A DNA stretch of 64,000 nucleotides from Octopus vulgaris (taxonomy: Eukaryota): contig OX597827.1 of the NCBI GenBank assembly GCA_951406725.2, forward strand, positions 43,276,001-43,340,000, given 5' to 3'. Positions 1-12,364 of this stretch are shown here, one piece after another. Below the pieces are notes generated by a model, which was not told the DNA's origin, did no database searches, and worked only from the letters and a program-made list of their open reading frames with translations. A program made the translations under genes and the position numbers. How positions within the stretch are numbered: position 1 is the stretch's first letter; the number at the start of each line of letters is the position of its first letter.

Positions 1-1450
1 AGCATTTTAAAGGCAATCCTTAAACTTAGTTTAGGTTTATGCGCTGGTCCCCTACCATCTTCCAGCTCACCATACAATAGCTGCTTGGGCATTTGGTATC
101 CTTACCAAATGTCCTCCCACCTCAAACGTCTTTGCAAAATCATTGACTCTATACTTCTACTGCCACTCCTCTCAATCACCTCCACATTACTAATGGCCAT
201 TTTCCAATTTATGCTCCAAATTTTCCTCAGACAGTATTGATGAAATCATTTCACTTGCCTTACCTGCCTACGGTAAACAACCCATGTCTCACGTCCATAT
301 AGCAAAGATGGGAGGACGCATCTATTATATAACTTAACTTTAATTTGTGAAGATATGTTGTTTCCACAGACGCTTATCAAGCCTACCAAAAGCACTACTA
401 GCCCTGCTGATTCTGTATGAAATTTCATCATCGAGACCAGCAATGCTCAGGGTACGTCATAAATAAATAAATCTAGGTACAGTCTTCAACCTTTAACCAT
501 TCACAATTATAAAAAGTTCTTCATACATCTTGGAGGGAGCAGGCTAATTACATTATAACGTTTTTTTTAAATATTGATTGTTAGACCCAATGCTGCACAT
601 GATGCAGAAATCGCATTCGCCATGTGCTGCATATCTTTCTGAGAATGTGCCAACAAGTCACAATCATCTTCATACAGAAACTCAACGAGGTGAGAATGCA
701 GAACTTTCGTTTTGGCACAGAGTATTGTGAGATTGAACAGTTTTCCTGTTGTCCTATACCTTATATAGAACCCTTCAGGGCAATCTTTAAAACCTATTTG
801 AAAGACTATTGCGAAATATATAGCAAACGGTGTAGGGGCAGGAATATCCCCTTGCTTTACACCATTTTCTACAGAAATTGGATCTGATAAAGTACCTCCA
901 GCATTAACTCTCACTTCCATCTTGTCTTGAAGTTGTCTAAGCATTCTCACAAATTTTTCAAGGCATCCTAGCTTTTTAAGGATCTCCCAATGTGCAATTC
1001 TATTGATAGAATCAAAACACTTTTGTTAGGTCAATGAAAACCTGATATAAGTCCATATACTGTTAGATGCACTTCTCTTGCAACTGTCTAGCTGAAAATA
1101 TCTTATCCATAGTACTCCTACTATCCCTATACCCACATTACGATTCTGGTAGAAGCTCATTAGCAATGTGCAGAAACAATCTCTCCAGCATTACCTTACA
1201 GAGGACCTTTCCCGCAACAGCTAACAGACAGATGCCGCGATAATTATCACAGACATCCTTTCCACATTTAGATTTATATAGTATCTCCGTAGTTGCATCA
1301 CGCCAATCCGGAGGCACCTCTTCACTTTGCCAAACCCTCTGAATCACATCCGTCAACATTGCACAAAGATGATCACCACCATATTTATATATCTCTGCAC
1401 CTAGTCCATCCATACCAGGGGCCTTTCCATTGTTTAATTTGCTGATTGCT
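1..1450 (-). pseudogene. Decayed RTE-clade LINE ORF2 (reverse transcriptase and C-terminal region)
   Basis: Minus-strand pieces read KLNNGKAPGMDGLGAEIYK, EEVPPDWRDA, CDNYRGICLLAVAGKVLCKV, LLPES, FIDLTKxFDS, NGVKQGD, LYEDDCDLL (YADD-like) and KVKLYNRCVLPSLLYGRETW. Several stops and frameshifts; runs off the window start. Confidence 0.93.
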
Positions 1451-1491
1451 GATATATAATATCCTGAAATATGCATATATATTCCGCTTTT

Positions 1492-1845
1492 GTTCTTTCT
1501 TTTACTTGTTCCAATCATTTGATTGCGGCCATACTGGAGCACCGCCTTTAGTCGAACAAATCGACCCCAGGACTTATTCTAAGCCCAGTACTCATTCTAT
1601 CGGTATCCAACATGGGTTGTCAAGCGATGCGGGGATGGGGGGACAAGCATAGACACACCTACACACACACACACATATATTTACGATGGGCTTCTTTCAT
1701 TTTCCGTCTACCAAATCCACTTACAAGCCTTTAGTCGGCCCAAGGCTATAGTAGAAGGCACTTGGCCAAAGTACCACGCAGGGGGACTGAACCCAGAGCC
1801 ATGTTGTTGAGAAGCAAGCTTCTTACCACACAGACATTCCTGCGC
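1492..1845 (-). mobile_element. tRNA-derived SINE, family A
   Basis: Matches the other family A copies: GGCGCAGGAGTGGCTGTGTGGTAAG-like head, GGTTCAGTCCC B-box-like motif, internal microsatellite, CCAGCATGGCCGCAGTCAAATGACTGAAACAAGTAAAAG-like tail. Confidence 0.85.
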
Positions 1846-1850
1846 ATATA

Positions 1851-1903
<53 letters not shown>

Positions 1904-2053
1904 AAAATTGCGAAAATAATCTGGAACTCGACTGAGGATAGAAAACACCAAATGACCCGTCCTTGTTTTATTTGTATCGTCTGTCTTAATTGTTTTTCTT
2001 GTCCCTTTTTTGTATCACCTGTCTGGATGTTTTGCGTTCTTGTCCCATTTTTG

Positions 2054-2095
<42 letters not shown>

Positions 2096-2097
<2 letters not shown>

Positions 2098-2442
2098 TGG
2101 TGCTCCATCGGTTACGACGGCGAGGGTTCCAGTTGATTCGATCAACAGAAGAGCCTGCTCGTGAAATTAACGTGCAAGTGGTTGAGCACCCCACAGACAC
2201 GTGTACCCTTAATGTAGTTCTCGGGGAGATTCAGCGTGACACAAAGTGTGACAAGGCTGGCCCTTTGAAATACAGGTACAACAGATACAGGAAGAAAGAG
2301 TGAGAAAAATTTGTTGTGAAAGACAACAGCAGGGTCCCCCTTCCCTGCTAGAGCCTCGTGGAGCCTTTGAAGTGTTTTCGCTCTGGGAATCGAAACTGCG
2401 ATCCTACGTCCGTGAGTTCGCTGCCCTAACCACTGGGCCATA
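2096..2442 (-). mobile_element. tRNA-derived SINE, distinct family
   Basis: Minus-strand head ATGGCCCAGTGGTTAGGGCAGCG...GTTTCGATTCCCAG has A/B-box-like motifs. The same head occurs at 27850-27920. Confidence 0.7.
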
Positions 2443-2602
2443 CTCTATACACTCACACGCACGCTCGCGAGCGCGCACACGCACACACGTATATATATAT
2501 ATATATATAGTCATATTTCAGGATGGAAATGTACACCGGACAGCTGTGAGACATTCAGACTGTAACGTAAGATACACCCGATGTATTTTTCGAATAACTG
2601 AT

Positions 2603-3183
2603 ATTCTTTTCTTCTCTAGGCACAAGGCACGAAATTTTGAGGGGCGGGGCCAGTCGATCAGATCAACCCCAGTACGTAACTAGTACTTAATTTATCGACC
2701 CCGAAAAGATGAAAAGCAAAGTCGACCTCGGCGGAATTTGAACTCAGAACGTAAAGACATGAAATACCTATTTATTTACTGCCCACAAGGGGCTATACAC
2801 AGAGGGGACAAACAAGGACAGACAAACGGATTAAGTCGATTATATCGACCCCAGTGCGTAACTGGTACTTATTTAATCGACCCCGAAAGGATGAAAGGCA
2901 CAGTCGACCTCGGCGGAATTTGAACTCAGAACGTAAAGACATGAAATACCTATTTCTTTACTGCCCACAAGGGGCTATACACAGAGGGGACAAACAAGGA
3001 CAGACAAACGGATTAAGTCGATTATATCGACCCCAGTGCGTAACTGGTACTTATTTAATCGACCCCGAAAGGATGAAAGGCACAGTCGACCTCGGCGGAA
3101 TTTGAACTCAGAACGTAGCGGCAGACGAAATACCGCTAAGCACTTCGCCCGGCGTGCTAACGTTTCCGCCAGCTCGCCGCCTT
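2603..3183 (-). mobile_element. SINE family B, internally multimerised (3 cores, 182-bp period)
   Basis: Head GGCGGCGAGCTGGC near 3180. TTGAACTCAGAAC recurs at 2738, 2920 and 3102. Ends in the short tail TGCCTAGAGAAGAAAAGAATA. Confidence 0.9.
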
Positions 3184-3719
3184 AAAGATAAAGACCATAT
3201 TCTTTTCTACTTTTGGCACAAGACCCGAAATTTTTTGGGAGAGAGCCAGTCGATTAGATCGACCCCAGTACGCAACCGGTACTTAATTTATCGACCCGGA
3301 AATTGACTAACTCCCTCCTTCAGTATTTCTGGCGTTAGGCCAAAATTTGGAACCGATGTTTTGAAGTCGGGGAGCTGGGGAATTGTTTGCCTTTCACCCT
3401 TTCGGGGGTCGATAAAATAAGTACCAGTTTAGTACTGGGGTCGTTGTAATTGACTTACCCCCTCCCGCGTTATAACATTTATTGAACGGGAAATTCATTA
3501 AAAAAAAGGAGAGATTTACCTGCTTTTTTATTCGTTTTGCAAGGGATTTTGTTTAATTGAAATCCGTGCATAAAAACCGATATTGTAGCATTTGGAGGGA
3601 GCCATACTGTCCATAAAAATCCCACCACGCAAATGTTGTAATGAACTTCTGTATTGTTAATCAGTCTATTAATTAATTATTGATCGGCAAACTAATCAAT
3701 AATTAATTAACTTATTGGT

Positions 3720-4590
3720 TAACATGTGATCAGAATGTCGCAGGAAAGAATCGCAATATGGATTGTTCCAACCGAATCGATCGGTAGGAGATATAGGAAT
3801 AGATCAAGAACGAAATGGTTGGATAATATGCGTCGTATCGAAGGCGGCGAGCTGGCAGAAACGTTAGCACACCAGGCAAAATGCCGAACGGTATTTCGTC
3901 TGTCTACGTTCTGAGTTCAAATTCCGCCGCGGTCGACTTTGTCTTTCATCCAATCGGGGTCGATAAATTAAGTACCAGTTACGCACTGGGGTCGATATAA
4001 TCGACTTAATCCGTTTGTCTGTCCTTGTTTGTCCCCTCTGTGTTTAACCCCTTGTGGGTAGTAAAGAAATAGTTATTTCGTCTGCCGTTAGGTTCTGAGT
4101 TCAAATTCCGCCGAGGTTGACTTTGCTTTCATCTTTCCGGGGTCGATTAAATAAGTACCAGTTACGCACTGGGGTCGATGTAATCGACTTAATCCCTTTG
4201 TCTGTCCTTGTGTGCACCCCTATATGTTTAGCTCCTTGTGGGCAATAAAGAAATAAGAAACGTTAGCACACCAGGCGAAATGCCAAACGGTATTTCGTCT
4301 GTCTACGTTCTGAGTTCAAATTTCGTCGAGTTCGACTTTGCCTTTCATCATTTCGGGGTCGATAAATTAAGTACCAGATGCTTACTGGGGTTGATCTAGA
4401 AAGACTGGTCCCCTCCCCCCAAATTTCGGGCCTTGTGCCAAGAGTAGAAAAGAATATGCGTCATATCGGTTGCTCATGCTTGGGAATGCAACCGGATGCT
4501 TCCCTTAGGACCTTCTGGATGAGGTGCCTGAGGACTCTACCCTCTCGATCCTCAACTCCTAAGAATAGTGAGCAGAGATGGATAGGGGTA
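3720..4590 (+). pseudogene. RTE-like LINE 3' end fragment interrupted by a SINE B multimer
   Basis: RMSQERIA...GRRYRNRSRTKWLDNM (RTE C-terminal GxRxRGRPxxxWxD-like) resumes after the SINE at 4453. Confidence 0.6.
3841..4452 (+). mobile_element. SINE family B trimer with 16-bp TSD
   Basis: Three GTTCTGAGTTCAAATT...GGGGTCGAT cores, flanked by AATATGCGTCGTATCG (3825-3840) and AATATGCGTCATATCG (4453-4468). Confidence 0.9.
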
Positions 4591-4744
4591 TGGGGTGTGT
4601 GGTTAGAAGTTTGCTCCCCCCATCCACATGGTTCCGAGTTCGATCCCACTGCGTGGCACCTTGGGCAAGTGTCTACTACTAAAGCCATGCGCTGTCGAAA
4701 GTCTTGTGAGTGGATTTGGTAGACGGAAACTGGAAGAAGCTTGT

Positions 4745-4745
<1 letters not shown>
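4590..4745 (+). mobile_element. SINE family A, 5' half
   Basis: CACATGGTTCCGAGTTCGATCCCACTGCGTGGCACCTTGGGCAAGTGTCT...GATTTGGTAGACGGAAACTG followed by (CA)n. Confidence 0.8.
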
Positions 4746-4800
<55 letters not shown>

Positions 4801-5087
4801 GGAACAAAGAGATAACACTGGAGAATGTAATGGACTTCATTAGCTTGCAGTTGTTTCTGCTATAAGATGTGTGAGTTCCTGTGTAGCATGCTCTGTTCCT
4901 ATTACCACTCTATACTCACATAACAATGTGTTCTGGACCATACATGCATTGAGTTCTACACCAGATTATTAGTCTCGCTATGCCTAAGCGAAAAATATTG
5001 ATGTGTGTGTGTGTGTGTGTGTGTGTGCGTATGTGTGTGTGTGGTCAATTTTAATTAGAATGTCGCGAGGAAAAAATCGTAAGATAT

Positions 5088-5270
5088 ATTTCATTATTGC
5101 CCACAAGGGGCTAAGCATAGAAGGGACAAACAATGACAGACAAAGGGATTAAGTCGATTACATCGACCCCAGTGCGTAACAGGTACTTATTTAATCGACC
5201 CCGAAAGGATGAAAGGCAAAGTCGACCTCGGCGGAATTTGAACTCTGAAATACCGCTAAGCATTTCGCCC
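5088..5270 (-). mobile_element. SINE family B
   Basis: Core and long tail shared with other family B copies. Confidence 0.85.
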
Positions 5271-5299
5271 AGATAACTATATATCGTAAAAAATCTTAA

Positions 5300-5470
5300 A
5301 ACGGATTTTAAAAAAACTGGCAGGAGGCCTAGGGGTAGACCAAGAACGAAATGGTTGGCCAATATCCATAGCCTCGGTTGCACTTGGTACTCAAGCTGAA
5401 AAGTGTCATGACTGTTGCTTTTGGTAGGACTCTATGGAGGGCTCAATCCATCACGACCCTAATAGGAATA
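5300..5470 (+). pseudogene. RTE-like LINE 3' end fragment
   Basis: Translates to KTGRRPRGRPRTKWLANI, the typical RTE C-terminal motif. Confidence 0.6.
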
Positions 5471-5729
5471 GGTGGGTGCAGAAGACGGTTGAATTAGCTA
5501 ATAGAAAAGAAAAGAAGTAATATCAGAGCGTGTGTTTACTTTGGCAGTGTGACCTACAAGAAAGCGCAACATTATAAGAAGAGATACAATTATAAGCGTA
5601 ATTATAACTGTAACTAACATAAACTTCTCTGGAAGTCAAGACTTAGTCACTTCGTCATCTTTGAAGAAAAAACATGGCTGCCACTCAAAGAATACACGTG
5701 ACCGGTCACATGTCAGTTGTCAACTCTAA

Positions 5730-6390
5730 CTGGATTGATCTATGCTCAAAGACTTTCCAGTCGTGACCATGTGATCCATTTTAGAAGTGTATCAAGAACT
5801 ACGTTATCTATTATACCCTTTCTTTTTCCAATACAGTAAAGTGTGATTTAAGGATGATATAGCTGTTACTTCTAGCAGATCATGAGATCACGTGAAGGTT
5901 TCCTCATTGGCCAGGTTTGTCTGTAAGAAAAAAACCGTCATCAATCCAACAGTGGCTACCCAGTCAAGTATTTTGTACATAGCGTGTTTAGGGCTAAATG
6001 AGAGACCTTGCGCAGTCGTTTTACCTGCTAGAAACAGCAGCTAACTTTCAAATTATATCCTACAGTCTTTAAAAAAGGACACATTGGGTAATGTACTCCC
6101 AGAAAGACGTAGTGGGTATGGCTGGAATACATTTCAATATCTAATATATTCTATCATGACTGACCCGCGTTAAACCTCAGTTGTGTCCTGACCGAACTGA
6201 GCACTGATTTATGATCAAGGGCATCCCAGAAGTGATCATCGCGTCTGGTTTTTGGGATAGCAGAAGTACATTATCTAGGGTGTTCAGTAAGTCCTTTCTG
6301 TTTTACGACGACAGGGCAAAGTTTGAGAAAGATGTAGCTGCTATTTCTAACACGTCATATGTCCATCTAGAGGCTTTCTCATAGACGACT
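5730..6390. repeat. Cluster of old diverged dispersed repeats in both orientations
   Basis: A motif like GATGTAGCTGCTATTTCTAGCAG and CCAGxCGTGACCAT recurs near 5760-5900 (+), 6010-6170 (-) and 6190-6380 (+), with related pieces near 9120-9310 and 58540. Confidence 0.5.
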
Positions 6391-7530
6391 AAGTGTGAAG
6401 TTTTAACTTAAACTAGAAGAGGTTGAGTTTAAATCCCGCTATGGAGTACTTGGGAAGGTGGGTGGTGGAGGTACACGTAATACGTCACCCGGCTCACCAT
6501 CCCCATGTAGTACACACCTTGGATGGCTTTGGCGGCCCCTCGCTGTTGCCAACATTCAGATCAGATCCCTAGTTTGTTGACAACTTCCTCCCTTACTCCT
6601 ACCTGTCGTGGGTACCCCCTACTCCCAACGAAAAGGGTCACGGGTACAGCCCCCCCCATCTCACTAAAAGAATACCGGAAGGACATAATGCACAGTTTGA
6701 CGAGTCTTCGATACTATTTCGTTGCAGTAAACTAGTTTCAGTGATAAGGTAGATCTTTCAGTTACGGCTACGGCCATGCTGGAGCACCGTACATGGGTGC
6801 TGCCACAATAAAGTTTCTTGCACCGGGTTGTGAGATTTCACTCTTAAGATGGTCATTTATATCAAGCTCAATACTTATTTTGGTACTCATTATATCGATC
6901 TCTATTTATCGAATGTATGTATGTATGTATTTATGTGTGTATGTATGTATGTATGTATGTACGCATGTATATGTGACTATTTGTGTGTGTGTGTGTGTGT
7001 TGGTTTGTTTTATGTGCCAGTAACTTAGTGGTTTGGCAAAAAAGCTCGATAGAAGAAGTGTGTGCGAGTGAGTGAATGTGTGTATGTGTGTTTGCACGTG
7101 TGTGCATTTGTGTGTGTGTGTGTGTGCCGCACCACATAGCAATCGGTGTTTGGTTTGTTTACGTCCCCGTTACTTGGAAATTCTAGAAAGCAAAGAAAAA
7201 AGAAAGAAACTCAACAAGTACCAGACTTTCAAAAGGAATCAACATTGGGATCGACCAAAAGCCCTTCACGGCAATGCTCCGGCGTGGCCGCATTTGAATG
7301 AGTGAAACAAGGGTCTTTTATCGTTTACATGTTTCAATCATTGGACAGCGGCCATGCTGGAGCACCGTCTTGAAAGATTTAGTCGAATGAGTCCCCCACC
7401 CCGTACTTAATCTTAAAAAACAACTATAACCTAGGTAACTTTTGCCAAACTGCTAGATGTAAACAAACCAACAACGGTCGTCAAACAGTCGTGTGAATAA
7501 GTACAAACACAAATATCCGCCCTCCCGCGG

Positions 7531-7595
<65 letters not shown>

Positions 7596-7662
7596 TAGCG
7601 AAAGAGAAAGGGAGAGAGGGGAGAGAGGGGGTTTCTTTCAGTCTCTGTTTACCAAATATGTA

Positions 7663-7698
<36 letters not shown>

Positions 7699-7721
7699 CA
7701 TACAGACATAGACACATGCAT

Positions 7722-7779
<58 letters not shown>

Positions 7780-7836
7780 TATATACATATATACGTATAC
7801 ATGAATACACATGCACACACACATATACACACACAC

Positions 7837-7908
<72 letters not shown>

Positions 7909-8076
7909 GGACTGGCTTCTTTCAATTTCCGTCTACCAAATCCACTCACTTTGGTTGGCCTAGGGCTATAGTAGAAGACGTGCATATTTATTATCTATTT
8001 TTAATTAACAACCTGGTAAAATGAAATCCGAGAGATATTGTAACAAAGAACAAGAGAGTTTGGGATCCTACCAAAA

Positions 8077-8111
<35 letters not shown>

Positions 8112-8558
8112 AAGAAAAGAAAAAAATAGAAGAAAAATTAGAAACACCTCTGCATAGCGTTCTCGCAAAAATGATAACAATCTATCGCGATCACAATAAT
8201 TATTTTTCACTTTATTTGCCATCCATCATGGACACACAAGATGTACAGTTAATTTAAATTTTGAAACAAGATTAGGAAGAAAGAAAAATTAGAACAATTT
8301 AAAGAAATTTGATTATAACAAGATAAAAAAAAATATTGTAATTAATTTTATTAATTAATATGACAGATCACTCGTTTTCTTTCCTGATGTCTTTTTCTTT
8401 CTTTTCTTTTTTTTGTCATTGTTTGGTTGTAGCTAATATAGAAATAATGTACCAAAACAAACCAAAAAATATTTTTTTCACGAAATGATAGGGAACCACC
8501 GGAGGTGAAAGAAAAACCAAGGAAACCGAAGTTCTAACTAATAATAATAATAATAATA

Positions 8559-8598
<40 letters not shown>

Positions 8599-8702
8599 TA
8601 ATAATAATAATAATATACGAATAAATATATAATTCAATAAATAATTAAAGGGTGAGAATATGTGAGATTAGACAAAGGAACTATTTATCGCACGAGTTAT
8701 GA

Positions 8703-8774
<72 letters not shown>

Positions 8775-9374
8775 CATAATATTAACAATAAATTGTCGAA
8801 AGCAAAGCGAGAAGGAGTATAGAGAAATGGGAAATCGAAATTATGATATTAGAAGATTTCAGAAGACTCCCTTCCCTCTGCATAAAATACTTATAGCTAA
8901 GTGCAGACTGATATATTTAATGGAGTGATTAAAAAAAAGAAGTATTTTTAATCAACTGGAAATTAAAGTTCTAATGAGATGAAAAATTAATGAAAATACT
9001 TGTCAAAACGGGCAAGGAAGACAACTCGGAAGTTTAAATTGACTGAAAACTTGACTGGATATATGCAGTGGTACAAATAAATCTTGTTATTGCTGTTTAA
9101 CACCTCTCTCACATCTGTCAGCCCGGACTCAGTAGAGTTAGGATCAAAAACATTCCAGCCGTGACAATTCCATCTTTTTTTTTCTAGAAATGATAAATGG
9201 TTTACGACACAAAAAAAATCACTTTAAACTTGCTAAAATTATATTCGGGATGCCTTAACCCTACTAAGAGTAGAAGCAGATGTGTTTCGTAGGATTAATT
9301 TTGAGGACTTGCAATTTTAAAAAAAGTAGAAGTTTTTGTTTCATTTTGAAAAATAAAAATTTATTTTATCGCTT

Positions 9375-9696
9375 ATTGACTGACCGTGGGATTGCACCTA
9401 GAAAGTTACCCTCCCAGGCACAAGTCCGGGCAAGATTGTTTATGGAAGACCAGCAGTCGCCCATGCATACCGGCATTCCCTTCTCCACACCACTGATGTT
9501 AACCAAGGGAAAGGCAAAGGCCGATACAGCTTGGCACCTGTGGCGTCGCAACTCATTTCTACAGCTGAGTGAACTGGAGCAACGTGAAATAAAGTGTCTT
9601 GCTGAAGAACACAACACGCAGCCTTGTTCGGGATTCGAACTTACAACCTCGCGATCATAAGATCGACGCTCTAACCAATGAGCCATGCGCCTTCAT
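9375..9696 (-). mobile_element. tRNA-derived SINE, family C
   Basis: Minus-strand GGCGCATGGCTCATTGGTTAGAGCG (A box) and GTTCGAATCCC (B box), then GTGTTGTGTTCTTCAGCAAGACACTTT central domain. A tail fragment of the same family lies at 13665-13760. Confidence 0.85.
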
Positions 9697-9856
9697 ATGA
9701 CTTATTATTGCTTTTATTTTAAATTATATATATATAAATATGGGGGCACCAAGATCGTTTAAATGCTTAGGGCCTCTACGAGTCAATTTGACCCGTGGGA
9801 ACTTTCCAGCTTTTTAAAACTGTTTGGTCCAATGAAGTACAGTATTCAGGTAGAAA

Positions 9857-10238
9857 TCTCTCTCTATATAAACGGCAGTTTGTCTGTGTGTGTTTCTGTG
9901 TGTCTGTTAGGTTGTACTCTCACCCTGACCACGGCTTTCAACCGATTCTGATGAAACTTGACACACACATAGCCCAATGTCATAATTCAAAACTAACGCA
10001 GCGAAAATTTTGAAAAGTTCCTCCAGTTCTGAAAAAAATCGATAAATTCGACATGGGGTCGACAATCAGAAACACAAACCGCAAACTGTCTAGGGGACGC
10101 AACTCCACCTTTTTTAAGTAAAAAAAAATTTACCATCATTTTCTTCCATCTTTTTGCTATTTTTTGGCTATAACTCTCTAAAAATGCTTTATAGTTATTT
10201 CCCTTACAAACCCGAGCAACGCCGGGCGATACTGCTAG
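9857..10238 (+). mobile_element. Non-autonomous Helitron
   Basis: 5' A|TC start, 3' hairpin CCCGAGCAACGCCGGG, then CTAG|T terminus. Confidence 0.85.
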
Positions 10239-10631
10239 TATATAAATATGGGGGCACCAAGATCTTTTAAATGCTTAGGGCCTCTACGAGTCAATTTGAC
10301 CTGTGGGAACCTTCCAGCTTTAAACTGTTTGGTCCAATGAAGTACAGTATTCAGGTAGAAATGTTTGATAAGACAGATGATGTGACAGTGGCTATGAAGA
10401 AGTGTATTCAGTAATGCACGCTTGAATTCTTTCAAAGACGATTTGACGGTTTGGTTAAATGATGGCGAAAGGGCATCGTTTGAAATGGAGACTATGTTTA
10501 GTAGAACTTTTGTATAGAGTGATGGTTCTCAACTGGAGTCCACGTGACCCTTGGTGGGGAGGGGGGGTCCATGTAAGATTTTGTTGTTAGGACTTTATGG
10601 GCAGTAAATTACTTACACTTCTGCAATAGGA

Positions 10632-11232
10632 ACAGGCGTAGTAGTGCGGTAAGAAACTTGCTTTCCAACCACATGGTTCCGGGTTCAGTCCCACTGCGTG
10701 GCACCTTGGAAAAGTGTCTTCTACTATAGCCTCGGGCCGACCAAAGACTTGTGAGTGGATTTGGATGACGGAAACTGAAAGAAGCCCATCATATATAAAT
10801 ATATATGCGCAGGAGTGGCTGTGTGATAGGCGCAGGAGTGGCTGTGTGGTAAGTAGCTTGCTTACCAACCACATGGTTCCGGGTTCAGTCCCACTGCGTG
10901 GCAACTTGGGCAAGTGTCCTCTAGTATAGCCTCGGGCCGACCAAAGCCTTGTGAGTGGATTTGGTAGACGGAAACTGAAAGAAACCCATCGTATAAATGT
11001 ATATGAATATGGGTGTGTGCGTTTGTGTGTCTTTGTTTTTCTTCCCCCAACATCGTTTGATGACCGATGTTGGTGTGTTTACGTACTCGTCACTTAGCGG
11101 TTCGGCAAAAGCGACCGATAGAATAAGTACTAGGCTTACAAAGAATAAGTCTTGGGGCCGATTTGCTCGACTAAAGGCGGTGCTCCAGCATGGCCGCAGT
11201 CAAATGACTGAAACGAGTAAAAGAGTAAAAGA
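10632..11232 (+). mobile_element. Tandem SINE family A copies (5' half at 10632-10790; full copy 10829-11232)
   Basis: Full head, body, internal (TG)-rich tract and GTAAAAGA tail. Confidence 0.9.
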
Positions 11233-11690
11233 ATGTGTGTGTGTGTTGTGCCCCACCACTACTTGACAACCGGTGTTGGTTTGCTAACGTAGCCGTAACC
11301 TAGCGGTTCGGCAAAAGGAGACCGATAGACCAGGTTTTCAAAAATAGCATAAGTATTGGGGTGGATTCAATCAACTAGAACTTCTTCAAATCGATGCCCC
11401 AGCATGGCCACAGACTAAAATGACTGAAGCAAGCAAAAATATACACAAAATATTTTAGTAATTCTTTTCTTTCTTTCATTCTTTTATTCGTTTTCTTTCA
11501 TTTATTTCAGTCATTTGACTGCGGCAATGCTGGAGCACCGCGTTTTTAGTCGAACAAATCGACCTGAAGACTCATTCTTTGTAAGAAGACTTGTACTTAT
11601 TCTCTCGCTCTTTTTTGCCGAACCCTAAGTGACGGGGACGCAGACACACCAACATCGGTTGTGAAGTGATTGTGGTGGTGGTGCGGGGGA

Positions 11691-11724
<34 letters not shown>

Positions 11725-12051
11725 CTCTCTCTCTCTCTCACACACACACATATTTATATATAAGTGTATGTGTATCTTTTCAATGTGTACACATAACACG
11801 GAAAAAATATAAATAAATAGCTATCAGGGTAGCAAAAAATTCACATAAGTACCAAGGATGTTACAACCTACTTATAAAGGCAGAATTTCCAGGGTTTAGT
11901 AAAATGTTTTTGTATAACAGATAAATAAAGAAATGGTGTTAAACCCAGGTGGTATTCAAATGTCGGAACAATATATGTCGGAAGAATAAAGATTTGAATA
12001 ACACCTGCGTTTAACCATATTTCTTTATTTAACTATTATATTATATGTATG

Positions 12052-12090
<39 letters not shown>

Positions 12091-12364
12091 CTGCCACACC
12101 AGACACCACCACACCCCACACCACCATCCCACACAATCACACCATACACTACAAACCTCCACACCACCACCACCACAACACCACACATCACACGCCACCA
12201 TACCCCACCACCCTGCACATAAGAGCACTGACCACTTCCCAGCACCCACACTATCATCCGCACACCTACACATGCACACACGCACACGTCAATGTCACTA
12301 GCCCCTTTCCACACGCACATACTCGCTCTCACATACATACGCACGCACACTTTCGTTTTGGGAT

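Noticed and set aside
9945-9960. CTGATGAAA as a hammerhead core
   Set aside because: No stem II or stem I; part of the Helitron internal CCGATT...GAAACTT motif.
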